This document shows positions 61,860 through 64,000 of a stretch of 64,000 nucleotides of DNA, piece by piece (position 1 is the first letter of the stretch; every line of letters begins with the position of its first letter). The notes under the pieces are model-generated. The model was given only the letters and a program-made list of their open reading frames with translations. It was not told the origin of the DNA and did no database searches. The position numbers and the translations under genes were made by a program. Source of the stretch: Macrostomum lignano (taxonomy: Eukaryota). The stretch covers positions 125,403-189,402 of the forward strand of contig NIVC01001115.1 of assembly GCA_002269645.1 (NCBI GenBank). The letters are read 5' to 3'.

Positions 61860-64000
61860 CACTGAGAAAAATAAATTCTATAGAGGGACAGTGGCTAATA
61901 AATTGTTGTGTATAGTTTTTACAAGTATATACATGTATGTTCTCATGTGTTAGTCGTACTCATAACTGAGCTCTTGGTGAACAAACGTAAGTTTGATTAA
62001 GACTTATCTCATTATTTCTTTGTAAATAGGAGTCTGAACTTGAGGTCGTGGAGACCCAGAACTAGGAGTCTAGAATAGGGAGAACTTGAGGTCGTGGAGA
62101 TCCAGAATTAGGGATCTGGAATAGGGAAATTTGTGTTCGTGAAGACCCAGGATAGAAGCCTAGAGGGGAACTTGAGGTCGTGCAGACCCTAAGAAAGCCG
62201 TGCAGGCTAACAATAGACATTAGGCGCTAGAAAATAGGCATTAGGGAAAAAAATTTGCTACCGCTGGACACCCTTGATTCTCGGAAACGCCAGACTTTCG
62301 AACTAAATTAGGGAATTAGGCAGTGTCTTACCGCTCGGGCTTTTAAGAAAACCGCGTGAATTAGATATTTCTAAGAAAGAATCGCAGTCTGAGGCAGCCA
62401 ACGCTACTGAAAGTAGGCAGCTCAATGACAAATCGGTGAAATTTTAGCTAGGAACTATTAGGACTGTTACAACTTGGTGGCATAGTGGAATAGCTAGAAG
62501 AGGAAACCAAACGCCTGTTACAACTTGGTGGCATAGTGGAATAGCTAGAAGAGGAAACCAAACGCCTGTTACAACTTGGTGGAATAGTGGAATAGCTAGA
62601 AGAGGAAACCAAACGCCTGTTACAACTTGGTGGCTTTCAGTGGGATCTTTTAGCGAAGAACGATTAAAACTGTTACATGCTTCAATCAGTTTGCAAAAAT
62701 AAGTCTTATGAAATTTATCCTGACTGCTCCAACAAATTCAACAGGTACTTTCTTTTGTTCACAATATTTTCAACAATATATCTATCCATTAGTTAATGGT
62801 GATGCAATCTATTTAAAATATATTCTGATGAAATAGAAATTTGCAATCCTATTGGGTCTGCAAAGACTAAACATAAGTTCTATGTAGTTTATTATTCAAT
62901 TTTAAACTTTCCAGAACATTTAAATGCTTCATATAACCTGTGTTTTTTGTCGTTAATTGTGTGTGATTAATCAGTTAAGAAGTTGTGATTAGACTTTTGT
63001 ATATCTCCTTTAGTATCTGAACTTAATGACTTGTTATTAAATGAACTAACAATTAATGAAACCATCAATCAAATTACCTGTTATTGCTTGTTTTATGACA
63101 GGTGATAGTTATCTATCTATGCATAGTATGCTAGGTTTGCAAAAGTGCTTTTCTAGTGGTTTTATCTGTAGGTTTTGCTATAAAGAATTCAATGATTTAT
63201 GTTTACTTGATTCTAATAATCTTAAGTAGTTTATTTCAGTTCAATTATAGGAATCATTCATCTTGCATTCTTGATTCTCAAGGTAAAAATTTAATTCAAT
63301 GAAAGGTTTAAACTTATCCCTAATGTATGTTTAGCTAAGTTTACAAAGTATAACGTTCATAATGATGATTTGCCATGTTTTGCAAGTCAAATGATGTCAA
63401 TTTTACAATACTTTGATCTGTTTTTGGTGATGTTTGCATTTGGGCTTTATTTATCAATCACAGGCTATTCATTGATATTATATTCTCACCTTACTATGAT
63501 AAAAATGTAAATCAAGATTATTTAAAGTTTTTAATAGCATCCCAAATTGAGGGCATTTATTGCTTTTCTAATTCAAAGCCTACATACAAATTTAAGCTCC
63601 ATTATATTTTTCATTATGTTGAACATTACCATTTTTATGTTGGCCTTCGTTATCTTAATAATGCTGCATATACCTGTGCTAAAAATAAAAATACAGAAGG
63701 CATTAATAATCTCACATTTCTCCCCCATGGACATTAAAGGTTTTAATGCAAAAGCTATATTGCTAAGTTCAATTATTGTCCAAGATCATGACCAAGCTGA
63801 ATTATGTTAAAAGTTAAAATTGAATGACAATAATTTGAGTAAGTTTTGTTTTTGTACTTCTGAGTTAACATATTTGGGGTTCAAATATAAATCTCCTACA
63901 ACTAATTTTTGTTATTGTATTTAGGTTCAACATCATCAGCAAATTGAATTGCTTCTTATTGAAAATATCTTGCAGATTTACAGTCAGTGGGTATTAGCTA
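61860..64000 (+). mobile_element. Decayed CACTA/EnSpm (CMC)-type element 2, running off the window
   Basis: Candidate terminus CACTGAGAAAAA at 61860. Motifs YSDEIEICNPIGSAKTKHKFYVVYYSILNFP (~62820-62915) and GD..SMHSMLGLQKCFSSGFICRFC (~63100-63180). Confidence 0.6.
62465..62650 (+). repeat. Three 51-bp tandem copies plus a partial fourth (tgttacaacttggtggcatagtggaatagctagaagaggaaaccaaacgcc)
   Basis: Unit starts at 62465, 62516, 62567 and 62618. Confidence 0.85.

Overview
Eukaryotic (metazoan) genomic DNA with GT-AG spliceosomal introns and TTAGGG tracts. The repeat content and gene style would fit a free-living flatworm such as Macrostomum, but that is inference. Bases 1-29.4 kb are almost entirely a cluster of six related non-autonomous Helitron-like elements. 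They share a ~300-600 bp 5' core and most end in a hairpin plus CTAG, but they carry different internal satellites. Four plus-strand elements (7625-29404) are joined by exact CTAG|TC head-to-tail junctions inside a (TCTA)n tract. Most carry a tRNA-Ser(GCT)-like Pol III cassette just upstream of the satellite. Bases 30-58 kb are gene-bearing: an 8-exon G-alpha-s-class gene (575 aa, with a very long alphaG-alpha4 insertion and an 11 x 273 bp array in intron 1), five two-exon genes for secreted single-WSC-domain proteins, a CUB + C-type lectin + TM receptor, a frameshifted PAN/C-type lectin pseudogene, a decayed mariner, and the terminal SH2 exon of an SHC-like gene. Bases 58-64 kb hold decayed CACTA/EnSpm-type transposase remnants and a possible LTR/PBS fragment. 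All calls come from manual reading and motif recognition; no database searches were run.
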